From IMG/VR virus record IMGVR_UViG_3300025084_000205, positions 1 to 25,078 of that record: a DNA stretch of 25,078 nucleotides. One strand, given 5' to 3'. This DNA comes from a virus (lineage: Duplodnaviria > Caudoviricetes). Below, in pieces: positions 17,215 to 24,686 of this stretch. The first letter of the stretch is position 1; every line of letters begins with the position of its first letter. The notes under the pieces were generated by a model. The model was not told the DNA's origin. It did no database searches and saw only the letters and a program-made list of their open reading frames with translations. Position numbers and translations under genes: made by a program.

Positions 17215-18609
17215 ATGTCTCAATTAAATGTTGACAGATTAATATCCTTAGGTGGAGGTGGTGGTACTGCCTCCATTCAATTAGAGTCTAGTGGTAACTT
17301 TAATTTTGACACTGGTACTTTGTATGTTGATAGTACTAGTAATGAGGTGGGGATTGGTACTACTAATCCAAGAGCATCTTTAGACATTGCTACTACTGAT
17401 GGTATTATCATACCAGTAGGAACAACTGCTCAAAGACCATCATCACCAATTGAAGGTATATTTAGATATAACTCAACAGACCGAACATTTGAAGGTTATG
17501 CTTTTAATGAAGGTACTAATGCTGTAGAATGGGGACCAATTGCTGGTGCTGGTGGTGGAACACCTGATCAATCTACAGACAGATATAGTCTTGACTATTC
17601 TAAGGGTGCTATATTAAAATCTGACGGAACTAATGCTTATTGGGAAATTGCTGGTCAGGCAACTGAATGGAGCATGGCAAGAATTTGGACGCATGGATAT
17701 GTTGGTGGGGGTTATCAAAGTGGTAGTCCCTGGAATAATGTAAACCGTACTGTTCACGCTACAGATACATCAACAAACCTTGGCAATACTTTAGATAGGT
17801 CTGGTGCTTACATGGCAGGATCTTTCTCAGATAATCGTCACTGGTTCCACTCAATGGAGAACACTTATAGAGGTTCTTCTAACTATACGTCTGGATTCAG
17901 TATGACATCTGAGTCGGGTATTACACACCAGAATTCCTGGGATATGACTGTTAGTAGAGGTTCGATGGGTTCATTCCAAGATTATGAATTCCAAGGAGGT
18001 TATTCATATTTAATTGGTGGTGGTAATGCTAGAACTGATGCGATGAATCTCAAAACTGAGGTTATGAGAACATCAGGATTTCCTCCTAATCATGCTGATG
18101 GAGGTGAAGATCCTTCATGGGGTGGTAACGCAAGACTAAAAGGTTGGTATAAGAGAGCTGGTACTCGTCAAGCATTAATTTGGAATACTGAATCCTGGCA
18201 GAACTGGACACAAGGACCAGGTGGTGACGGATGGAAGAAGATTTTAGGCACAATGTTAGGTCACATGTATGTGGGCACTGGCAATAATAATCAGAATGGT
18301 AACCAGAGAGTTGATGATTCGAGTGGTGTTCAGGTAGGAGGTTTGAACTTTGGTAACATGGGAGAGGAAAACTTCCAGATTGGTATGAGAAAAGGTTATT
18401 GCTTAGGTAACTACAATGGTTCTCAGAACAATAATACTTTCAAAGTGAACTATGCTACTGATGCATATAATAACCTCGGAGGTTCTTCACCTCCATCAGG
18501 TCATGGTGGCATGAGTTCTGCTCACTGTTCATCTGCATCTGCTATCTCAGGTGTTGATGGTGCTGGAGCAGTTCAGTATGATTACGGTACAAATATTCCT
18601 AACTACTAA
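17215..18609 (+). CDS. tail-fibre-like protein with C-terminal Kelch/beta-propeller-like repeats
   Basis: VGIGTTNP and IPVGTTAQRP..GIFRYN modules, then repeats roughly 40 aa apart with GYVGGG, SYLIGGG, GWY, MYVGTG, GYCLG. Confidence 0.68.
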   Translation: MSQLNVDRLISLGGGGGTASIQLESSGNFNFDTGTLYVDSTSNEVGIGTTNPRASLDIATTDGIIIPVGTTAQRPSSPIEGIFRYNSTDRTFEGYAFNEGTNAVEWGPIAGAGGGTPDQSTDRYSLDYSKGAILKSDGTNAYWEIAGQATEWSMARIWTHGYVGGGYQSGSPWNNVNRTVHATDTSTNLGNTLDRSGAYMAGSFSDNRHWFHSMENTYRGSSNYTSGFSMTSESGITHQNSWDMTVSRGSMGSFQDYEFQGGYSYLIGGGNARTDAMNLKTEVMRTSGFPPNHADGGEDPSWGGNARLKGWYKRAGTRQALIWNTESWQNWTQGPGGDGWKKILGTMLGHMYVGTGNNNQNGNQRVDDSSGVQVGGLNFGNMGEENFQIGMRKGYCLGNYNGSQNNNTFKVNYATDAYNNLGGSSPPSGHGGMSSAHCSSASAISGVDGAGAVQYDYGTNIPNY

Positions 18610-19364
18610 TGAATAATCAAAACGACGTTATTGTTATCGACCTAGAAAAGTTTCCTCATGTAGATGATTGGGGAACGAAACTTGGTGGTCATCTGGGATT
18701 AGAATATTTTTACTTAGCAGATGAATATTTTGATTATATCCCCCAGTATGTAAACTATCTGCGTTTTCCTTCAAAGGAAGGGACTTTAGGTTCAAAGTAT
18801 TGGGGTGAGGCAAGGTCTGCAAGATCTGAATATGGTGAAAATGAAGAAGGAACAACACAAAAAGATAGAGTTAGCGTTGATAATGAATTAGTCAGAACAT
18901 ACACTATTCCCTTCATGAAGAAGGTGATGCGTCTTAAAGTACAAGAGATTTTTGAAAAAAGATATAACGAACTACGCACTAAATACAGTGTATTAGAAGA
19001 TGCAACCTGGCAAGATCAGTTAGCAGAATCTAATGCATATCTTGAAGATGAGACTACTGCTGTCACATTGATCAATAGATTAGCAGAGATTAGAGGATTG
19101 ACAACCAAAGAGTTTGCTACTATAGTGGTAGGGAAACACACTGATTGGAAAACCAAATTACATGATCTTGCTGTGCAAGAACAAACCATCCTTATTAAAA
19201 TCAAAGAGTGCTTTAACGTTGCTGACGCAAATGTTTTTCTTGAAGATTACTTTGGCATTGAAATGTCAAATCAACAATGTTTAGAATTTAGTAGATGTGA
19301 AAAAAATGATGAAACAGGACTCATTACAAGAAAAGAACCCTTCGTCTACGGACTCAGGTTCTAA
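18609..19364 (+). CDS. putative tail-fibre assembly chaperone-like protein
   Basis: TAATG coupling. Helical segment Y...E..TW..Q..E...Y.........LA..RG.....F...V..K resembles proteins encoded directly after phage tail fibres. Confidence 0.5.
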   Translation: MNNQNDVIVIDLEKFPHVDDWGTKLGGHLGLEYFYLADEYFDYIPQYVNYLRFPSKEGTLGSKYWGEARSARSEYGENEEGTTQKDRVSVDNELVRTYTIPFMKKVMRLKVQEIFEKRYNELRTKYSVLEDATWQDQLAESNAYLEDETTAVTLINRLAEIRGLTTKEFATIVVGKHTDWKTKLHDLAVQEQTILIKIKECFNVADANVFLEDYFGIEMSNQQCLEFSRCEKNDETGLITRKEPFVYGLRF

Positions 19365-20178
19365 TCATCCAAATCTTCCTATCAGTCAAACACTGGAAGA
19401 TCTGAAAAATATTGCTCCCTGGGAAGTTGAAGAGTCCGATGTTGCATTGATGCAGTGGGCAGATCAAGTTCCATTTGGGCAAAGTGAATTTCAAAATCGA
19501 TATTATGTAATCAATTCACAGATAACTCCATGGAGACAATTGCGTCAAGCAATTATGGAGTTGCAAGCACGAACAAATAGTCTACAAAAGATTACAGTAC
19601 AGTATAGACGTAATCTTAATGACATTGCTCGTCTTAAAAGTGAGATTGCAGAGGAAGAAGATCCATTTCAAAAAACTGATCTTGAGTGTCAACTAGAAAT
19701 TTGCAAACTTGATACACAAGTATGGATGAATAAAATCCGTCAGTGTAAAGAAGAAACTGATGGCATTATGTCTATCATCAAAGAACGCACTGACTGCGAT
19801 GATTTGGATAGTGTTATTGCTACATTTGAAGACCCTGCTATTATTGAAGCAGAAGAGCATAAGTACTGGATTGCTCGTATGGCAAAGCAGTGTGCTATTG
19901 ACTTGCTAACTACTGGTAGAGTTCAATCAGGTAACTTGGAAAGTATGCTGATGATGAAACCTGAAGATCAAGCAGCAATCACTGATCTTGCTCTTACTTA
20001 TTCTACTGCGATGAATCATTCCATTGGAAAGTTCAAAGAAATTGCAGAAGATAAAGTAGAAAATATGCTGTCAGGTCGCGGACCTGAAATGTTTGATACC
20101 TCTGGAATATTCACTGATTATGCAACAAACAATATCACAAACCGCAGTCTTCAGTCTGCCGATCAACCCCAAACTTGA
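19306..20178 (+). CDS. coiled-coil hypothetical protein
   Basis: ATG 19306/19309 (track start GTG 19297). SEFQ...VI..QITPWRQLRQAIMEL, a long heptad-like region, then E.KYW..RM.KQ. Confidence 0.72.
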   Translation: MMKQDSLQEKNPSSTDSGSNHPNLPISQTLEDLKNIAPWEVEESDVALMQWADQVPFGQSEFQNRYYVINSQITPWRQLRQAIMELQARTNSLQKITVQYRRNLNDIARLKSEIAEEEDPFQKTDLECQLEICKLDTQVWMNKIRQCKEETDGIMSIIKERTDCDDLDSVIATFEDPAIIEAEEHKYWIARMAKQCAIDLLTTGRVQSGNLESMLMMKPEDQAAITDLALTYSTAMNHSIGKFKEIAEDKVENMLSGRGPEMFDTSGIFTDYATNNITNRSLQSADQPQT

Positions 20179-21844
20179 TCCAGAGTATATTGGGGAGAGT
20201 CTTATTCCTTTCCTCAATAAACATAAGCATTTAATTTACGATTTATATTTTACATCTAGAATGCCTCCATTTGTGCAAGATGCAATGGGGGATGTTTTTC
20301 GTACAACAAAAAATGCACAGAGTGCTGCAAAAAACTCACTGTATATTATGCAGGAGACAGGTATTCCTCTGTCTGCTACATTTAACAATCTATGGGTAAG
20401 ACCTGATCAGAATAATTTAACTCTATGGATTCAGAACTTTAAGTTTCTGTATGATGCTGGTGTTAGGACTGTTACTTTGCCTCATACATCTTGGGTGATG
20501 ACAGGACAAATCCAGAAAGAATATCCTGACTTAAAGATTAAGAATACTATTCTTCGTGAGGTAGTCAAACCTAACGAGATTGTCACTCTTGCTAGTGCTG
20601 GATTTCATTATATTAACTTGGATCGTGATATTATGAGGGACCAAGATGCCTTGGTTCGTATCATGGACGCGAAGAAGTACTGTGCAGAGAAAGGAACTCC
20701 TGTGGAGTTTTCATTGTTAGCTAATGAGCATTGTTGGGGTGGTTGTCCTATCATGCCAGAGCATTATCAATACAATAGCACACGTCAGGGCACAGAACCT
20801 CAGTATTTTAACAGCGAGATTAGTCGTATTTCATGTTCACGATGGGATGAATATGATTCTGCAACAGAACTTAAGCGTGCTAATATACCGCCCTGGAGAG
20901 ACGATTGGCAATGGTTTTTAGATAATGGCATAGATGTATTCAAACTGCACGGCAGAGAGGATGCTATGCGTCTTAGAGAGTCGATGGATATCATCGAACG
21001 ATGGGACAATGGTGATGAGTTGATGTTTCCTGATTTTGAAAAGTACATGCAGGATGTTGATATGCCTGATGCACCAATTAATATCTGGAGACAGAAGATT
21101 AAGACATGTAAGTTTGATTGTTGGGATTGCAACTATTGTGAGTCTGTGATACAATCTAAATTAAAGAAGCAGAATCGTACAATGAATCCTCTTGTAGAAA
21201 GAGTTATTAGTGCCATCGATGGTGCCGTTGATAATAACTCAAACTTTGATCCTACTGATTATGATATTGTTGGTTTATCCTCTAACAAAGTAAGACATTT
21301 CCTCAACAATCTTCTTAGTGAGCGTGGCACAGTATATGCTGATGTTGGTTGTTACATGGGTAGCACACTATTTGCTGCTATCATGGGTAATACTGCTGTA
21401 AAAGCATACGCTATCGATGACTTTTCAGACTCTACAGTAAAACCAATGCGTAAGGAACTTCAAGAAGACTTTGAGGTTGATAATCCTGCTGAAATATTTG
21501 TACAAAACTATGAGAAGTGGCAGAATCCAAATGCTGCTGTTGGATTAGTTGTTAAACCTATCTCTCAGGTAGTATTCAATCCAGAGTTTCCTCCTCAGGT
21601 TCTATTCTATGATGCTGAGAATGATCCTAAACGAATGCAACCAAATCTAGAGTATCTTCACAATCAATGTGCTGACTCTTATATTCTTGTTGTTGATGAT
21701 GCAAACTTTGAAGGAGTTGTATCATGTACTGATGCGTTCTTAAGTGATAAGAATGTTATTTACAAGAGATTGATCACAACTGAGACGCCTGAAGATGCTA
21801 ACGATTGGTGGAATGGTTTGTATATTGTAGTGATTGAGAAGTAA
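20120..21844 (+). CDS. fusion of a peptidase-U32-family (Fe-S hydroxylase-like) domain and a class I SAM-dependent methyltransferase-like domain
   Basis: U32 marks: INLDRD, LLANEHCWGGCP..H..C, GIDVFKLHGR, plus C-x3-C-x2-C-x2-C (CKFDCWDCNYC). From about 21182: YADVGCYMGST, AIDDFS, LFYD, LVVDD, WWNG (Methyltransf_24-like). ATG 20120 preferred to TTG 20093. Confidence 0.78.
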   Translation: MQQTISQTAVFSLPINPKLDPEYIGESLIPFLNKHKHLIYDLYFTSRMPPFVQDAMGDVFRTTKNAQSAAKNSLYIMQETGIPLSATFNNLWVRPDQNNLTLWIQNFKFLYDAGVRTVTLPHTSWVMTGQIQKEYPDLKIKNTILREVVKPNEIVTLASAGFHYINLDRDIMRDQDALVRIMDAKKYCAEKGTPVEFSLLANEHCWGGCPIMPEHYQYNSTRQGTEPQYFNSEISRISCSRWDEYDSATELKRANIPPWRDDWQWFLDNGIDVFKLHGREDAMRLRESMDIIERWDNGDELMFPDFEKYMQDVDMPDAPINIWRQKIKTCKFDCWDCNYCESVIQSKLKKQNRTMNPLVERVISAIDGAVDNNSNFDPTDYDIVGLSSNKVRHFLNNLLSERGTVYADVGCYMGSTLFAAIMGNTAVKAYAIDDFSDSTVKPMRKELQEDFEVDNPAEIFVQNYEKWQNPNAAVGLVVKPISQVVFNPEFPPQVLFYDAENDPKRMQPNLEYLHNQCADSYILVVDDANFEGVVSCTDAFLSDKNVIYKRLITTETPEDANDWWNGLYIVVIEK

Positions 21845-22341
21845 TGGAAATAATTGATGAGTTCTTAACTCCATCAGAGTTTGGGCATATTAAACAATCC
21901 ATGCTAGGTTCATTCTTCCCTTGGACTGTCTCTAAGATTGTTGATGATACTACCAACAATCACAATAGAAATGTGCAAATGGTTCATATGTTTTATGACC
22001 GACATGCTCCAGTTGATAATAGTGTTGAGTTGTTATATCCTGTACTACAAAAACTACAACCATGTGCATTGTTAAAGATAAAGGCAAACTTTTTAGTTGG
22101 TGTAGATAATATTATTGAGCATGGGTTTCATAATGACGTTTTAGATGCTGATGATCGTCCATATCTAAAGACATCTGTGCTTTATATGAACACCTGTAAT
22201 GGTTACACACTGCTTGAAGATGGCACTAAAGTTGAATCAGTAGCAAACAGATTGGTAACATTTCCTAATAGCACAAAGCACACGGGAACAACTACAACTG
22301 ACTCAGAATATCGGATGGTAATTAACTTTAACTATGTTTAG
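21844..22341 (+). CDS. 2OG-Fe(II) oxygenase superfamily protein
   Basis: TAATG coupling to the U32 gene. HND, KHTG, R..IN.N. Shares NTC.GYTL.EDGTKV.SVANR with 4715..5212. Confidence 0.82.
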   Translation: MEIIDEFLTPSEFGHIKQSMLGSFFPWTVSKIVDDTTNNHNRNVQMVHMFYDRHAPVDNSVELLYPVLQKLQPCALLKIKANFLVGVDNIIEHGFHNDVLDADDRPYLKTSVLYMNTCNGYTLLEDGTKVESVANRLVTFPNSTKHTGTTTTDSEYRMVINFNYV

Positions 22342-22410
22342 TGTGCCAGTTGAAACAAGTGTCACAGAGGGGTTGCGACCCCTCTTTTTTTATGCTATAT
22401 TACATAGGTA
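22342..22410 (+). promoter_or_regulatory. cyanomyophage early-type regulatory element: imperfect palindrome, hairpin carrying the -35, extended -10
   Basis: TGTGCCAGTT-N5-AAGTGTCACA (8/10 inverted repeat); -35 TTGCGA (22373-22378); 17 nt spacer; TG-n-TATATT (-10 at 22396-22401). Confidence 0.75.
22366..22391 (+). terminator. rho-independent terminator ending the late cassette
   Basis: AGAGGGG-TTGCGA-CCCCTCT hairpin followed by a T run. Confidence 0.75.
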
Positions 22411-22426
22411 AACAAATGACAGGATC

Positions 22427-22630
22427 ATGCCTCAATTCACTCTGATCTGCACTGACGAAGATTCAACGGTAACAACTAAAGAGTTTGAAGCAACTATCCT
22501 AGAAGACGTTGTGGACAAAACAGAAGACTTTTTGAAGGGTGTTGGTTATTGCTTTGAACAACTACGCACACAAGTGTACCCTATCCCCGAAGTTGACGAG
22601 ATTCGTTCAATTTACAAGGATGTAGACTGA
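22427..22630 (+). CDS. small acidic early hypothetical protein
   Basis: 67 aa, AGGA RBS, first gene after the early promoter. Confidence 0.78.
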   Translation: MPQFTLICTDEDSTVTTKEFEATILEDVVDKTEDFLKGVGYCFEQLRTQVYPIPEVDEIRSIYKDVD

Positions 22631-22669
22631 TACATATTAATGTAATTTATCATTGATCACTTCATTACA

Positions 22670-22867
22670 ATGGGTAAAACTTTTCGGCGTGGCGGAAGCG
22701 AGCGAGGATACTATTCTCCTGGCAAATCAATCCGTGATAAGCGAGCAAAAGGCGGCACTAATCGTTCACCAAGATCAGAAGAAAACTATGACGATTTCCA
22801 ATCCAAAGGAAACAAAAAAGGAAGACGGTTTAATCCTGAACTCGACAATGATTCTGGATGGTACTGA
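22670..22867 (+). CDS. small basic R/K/G-rich hypothetical protein
   Basis: MGKTFRRGGS..., 65 aa, ATG start, likely disordered. Confidence 0.68.
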   Translation: MGKTFRRGGSERGYYSPGKSIRDKRAKGGTNRSPRSEENYDDFQSKGNKKGRRFNPELDNDSGWY

Positions 22868-22943
22868 AACTGATGTGGACGAATTAGAGTTCGATGATTA
22901 CTCTGAGATAGATTATGATCTTGATTTCACCGTACAGTATTAA
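22848..22943 (+). CDS. 31 aa highly acidic peptide
   Basis: MILDGTETDVDELEFDDYSEIDYDLDFTVQY* from ATG 22848, the 3' part of track ORF 22653..22943; fills the gap. Confidence 0.5.
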   Translation: MILDGTETDVDELEFDDYSEIDYDLDFTVQY

Positions 22944-22947
22944 TTCT

Positions 22948-23133
22948 ATGGACTTTGATAACGAATCACAAAACATTAAGTTCAATCGAGGACTTGATTT
23001 GTTCATGGAATCTGTATTGAAACCAGACAGTAAATTGCGTGAGTGTGCTCACAATCAAAAATGTTACACCGAACTGATGTATGTCCGTTCCTATGTTCTT
23101 GACTATCTAAAAACTCTAAGACGAGACGACTAA
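22948..23133 (+). CDS. hypothetical protein
   Basis: ATG 22948 preferred; TAATG-coupled to the next gene. Confidence 0.72.
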   Translation: MDFDNESQNIKFNRGLDLFMESVLKPDSKLRECAHNQKCYTELMYVRSYVLDYLKTLRRDD

Positions 23134-23330
23134 TGCAATTTTTACACTCACCAATCCTTGACAAGGATGAGAAGATGGTTCTAAAAGATGCGTTGATTAT
23201 GTATGTCTCTGATATACAGAAACGGTTTTATGCTGATGGTGCAATTCCTGAAGACGTGTATCTAAGTAAGATGAAACACATAAAAGAAATAGTTGACACA
23301 TTACATTTGAGTGAGTTGTATCGCCAATGA
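23133..23330 (+). CDS. hypothetical protein
   Basis: 65 aa, coupled on both sides (TAATG, ATGA). Confidence 0.72.
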   Translation: MQFLHSPILDKDEKMVLKDALIMYVSDIQKRFYADGAIPEDVYLSKMKHIKEIVDTLHLSELYRQ

Positions 23331-23953
23331 CTATTGAAATGTTCTGTCCTATGTGGTATTACCGTGGGACAGTTTCTGATGAGAAGCAAACATCTATCAA
23401 AGATTTGTTTGCTGAGTTCTTATCAACTGAGGATAACTTTAGAGAACCAAATGAGTGGAACTGTACTGTAAAAAGTTCATTCAATAATCCAAGAAACACC
23501 ACTGCTCCTTGGACAGAGTTTCTGTCACTAATCAGTGAGCAGATTGATGAGTTCATGGATGAAATGTCTCCAGTTGTTGATGTGTCGTTAATACCTAAAG
23601 AGGCATGGGTTAATAAGTATCCAAAAGGTGGGTTTCAAGAGTATCACGATCACTCTGTGCCTAATTGTAACTTAAGTATGGTTTATTTCTTTAGAGAATT
23701 TGACGATACTGTTTTTAGGTTCTATAATAATGAGGATTCTAAATACAAAACATCAGGATTAAAGCAGTTGTTCACTATTCCCAGTGCAAATACAATTGTT
23801 CCTAATGCGAATCAAGGTGATATTATGATCTTCCCATCATTCTATCCTCACTATGTGTGTCCTAATCGTAATGATGAAGAAAGGATTACATTTTCTGCTA
23901 ACTTCCTTGTGACACCTCAAGAACCTACACAAGGTTCTCCCCAAACTCCCTAA
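23327..23953 (+). CDS. putative 2OG-Fe(II) oxygenase (TIGR02466-like)
   Basis: AWVN.Y..G.FQEYHDH....LS.VYF ... GDIMIFPSF.PH.V..N....RITFS.N. Confidence 0.85.
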   Translation: MTIEMFCPMWYYRGTVSDEKQTSIKDLFAEFLSTEDNFREPNEWNCTVKSSFNNPRNTTAPWTEFLSLISEQIDEFMDEMSPVVDVSLIPKEAWVNKYPKGGFQEYHDHSVPNCNLSMVYFFREFDDTVFRFYNNEDSKYKTSGLKQLFTIPSANTIVPNANQGDIMIFPSFYPHYVCPNRNDEERITFSANFLVTPQEPTQGSPQTP

Positions 23954-23970
23954 TCTATGCAATACTAATA

Positions 23971-24147
23971 ATGTTGGAAAAAGAAATCCGCCTATTGAAC
24001 AAAGTCATCAAGAAAGGCGAAAGTGGTGAAGTCAGATATTCTGACGATGAACTGCACAGACTCAAGCAAAAACGTCGCCAGTTGAAAAACTGGAAACAAT
24101 CAGCAATCACTTCACAAAACAATGGATTCGGTCAGTATGTACGATGA
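23971..24147 (+). CDS. 58 aa basic hypothetical protein, not in the ORF track
   Basis: MLEKEIRLLNKVIKKGESGEVRYSDDELHRLKQKRRQLKNWKQSAITSQNNGFGQYVR*. Confidence 0.68.
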   Translation: MLEKEIRLLNKVIKKGESGEVRYSDDELHRLKQKRRQLKNWKQSAITSQNNGFGQYVR

Positions 24148-24265
24148 AGACTTCAACGTCTCTTGGAGAGAGAACGATCAGGTACAACTTCAAGAAGATG
24201 AATGGATCTCTTCAGTATTAGGAACTGAAGAAGAAGCAATCTGTGATGTATTATCAGAACTATGA
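24137..24265 (+). CDS. 42 aa acidic hypothetical protein (alternative ATG 24122), not in the ORF track
   Basis: MYDEDFNVSWRENDQVQLQEDEWISSVLGTEEEAICDVLSEL*, with ATGA overlap with the next gene. Confidence 0.62.
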   Translation: MYDEDFNVSWRENDQVQLQEDEWISSVLGTEEEAICDVLSEL

Positions 24266-24453
24266 TTGGATTAAGAGTTAGGGTTAGACCCAAAAGCAGA
24301 GATGCTAAGCAAAAGTTTATCTATGACCTGAAACGATGTGATATAATGTATGTCACTGATCGTAAACGCTTGTGGCATCTATTTAATCCTAACTCTGGTA
24401 TGAGTCTTTATGTTCACCCTACAGATGATCCTAACTGGGAAATTATTCGATGA
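24262..24453 (+). CDS. hypothetical protein
   Basis: 63 aa, ATGA-coupled on both sides. Confidence 0.72.
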   Translation: MIGLRVRVRPKSRDAKQKFIYDLKRCDIMYVTDRKRLWHLFNPNSGMSLYVHPTDDPNWEIIR

Positions 24454-24611
24454 AAAAAGATTATGATCGTTGGCGTATTCTCTGGAAGAAGGAGAAGAAA
24501 CCAGGATTTTTTGCAACCCAAGAAGTTATAGTCTATGGAATGCACAATGTTGAATATGTAATCGACAATCTTGTGCCAGAAAATGTAAATTGGGATGTCC
24601 TCCCCGCGTGA
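24450..24611 (+). CDS. 53 aa hypothetical protein, not in the ORF track
   Basis: MKKDYDRWRILWKKEKKPGFFATQEVIVYGMHNVEYVIDNLVPENVNWDVLPA*, ATGA-coupled. Confidence 0.68.
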   Translation: MKKDYDRWRILWKKEKKPGFFATQEVIVYGMHNVEYVIDNLVPENVNWDVLPA

Positions 24612-24665
24612 CAGTCACCGAACTGGAGCAGCACCCTTGACGGGGTGCTTTTTTCATGCAATACT
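24607..24665 (+). promoter_or_regulatory. second copy of the palindrome plus hairpin/-35 early regulatory element; the hairpin may also terminate
   Basis: CGTGACAGTC-N4-AACTGGAGCA; hairpin AGCACCCT-TGAC-GGGGTGCT plus T run; -35 TTGACG (24637-24642); 17 nt spacer; TG-n-AATACT (24660-24665). Confidence 0.7.
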
Positions 24666-24686
24666 GTATACAGGTCAAACAAAGCA

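Noticed and set aside
14399-18609. Diversity-generating retroelement or invertible shufflon at the adhesin array
   Set aside because: No reverse transcriptase or invertase, no near-identical template/variable repeat pair, and no inverted crossover sites seen in the window; similarity is at the protein level only.
20120-21180. Collagenase/protease annotation for the U32 domain
   Set aside because: The family name is historical; characterised members are Fe-S hydroxylases, and the Cys motifs here fit that role better.
23958-23966. TGCAATACT, identical to the extended -10 at 24657
   Set aside because: No -35 at 17 nt spacing and only 4 nt before the next ATG; too weak to call.
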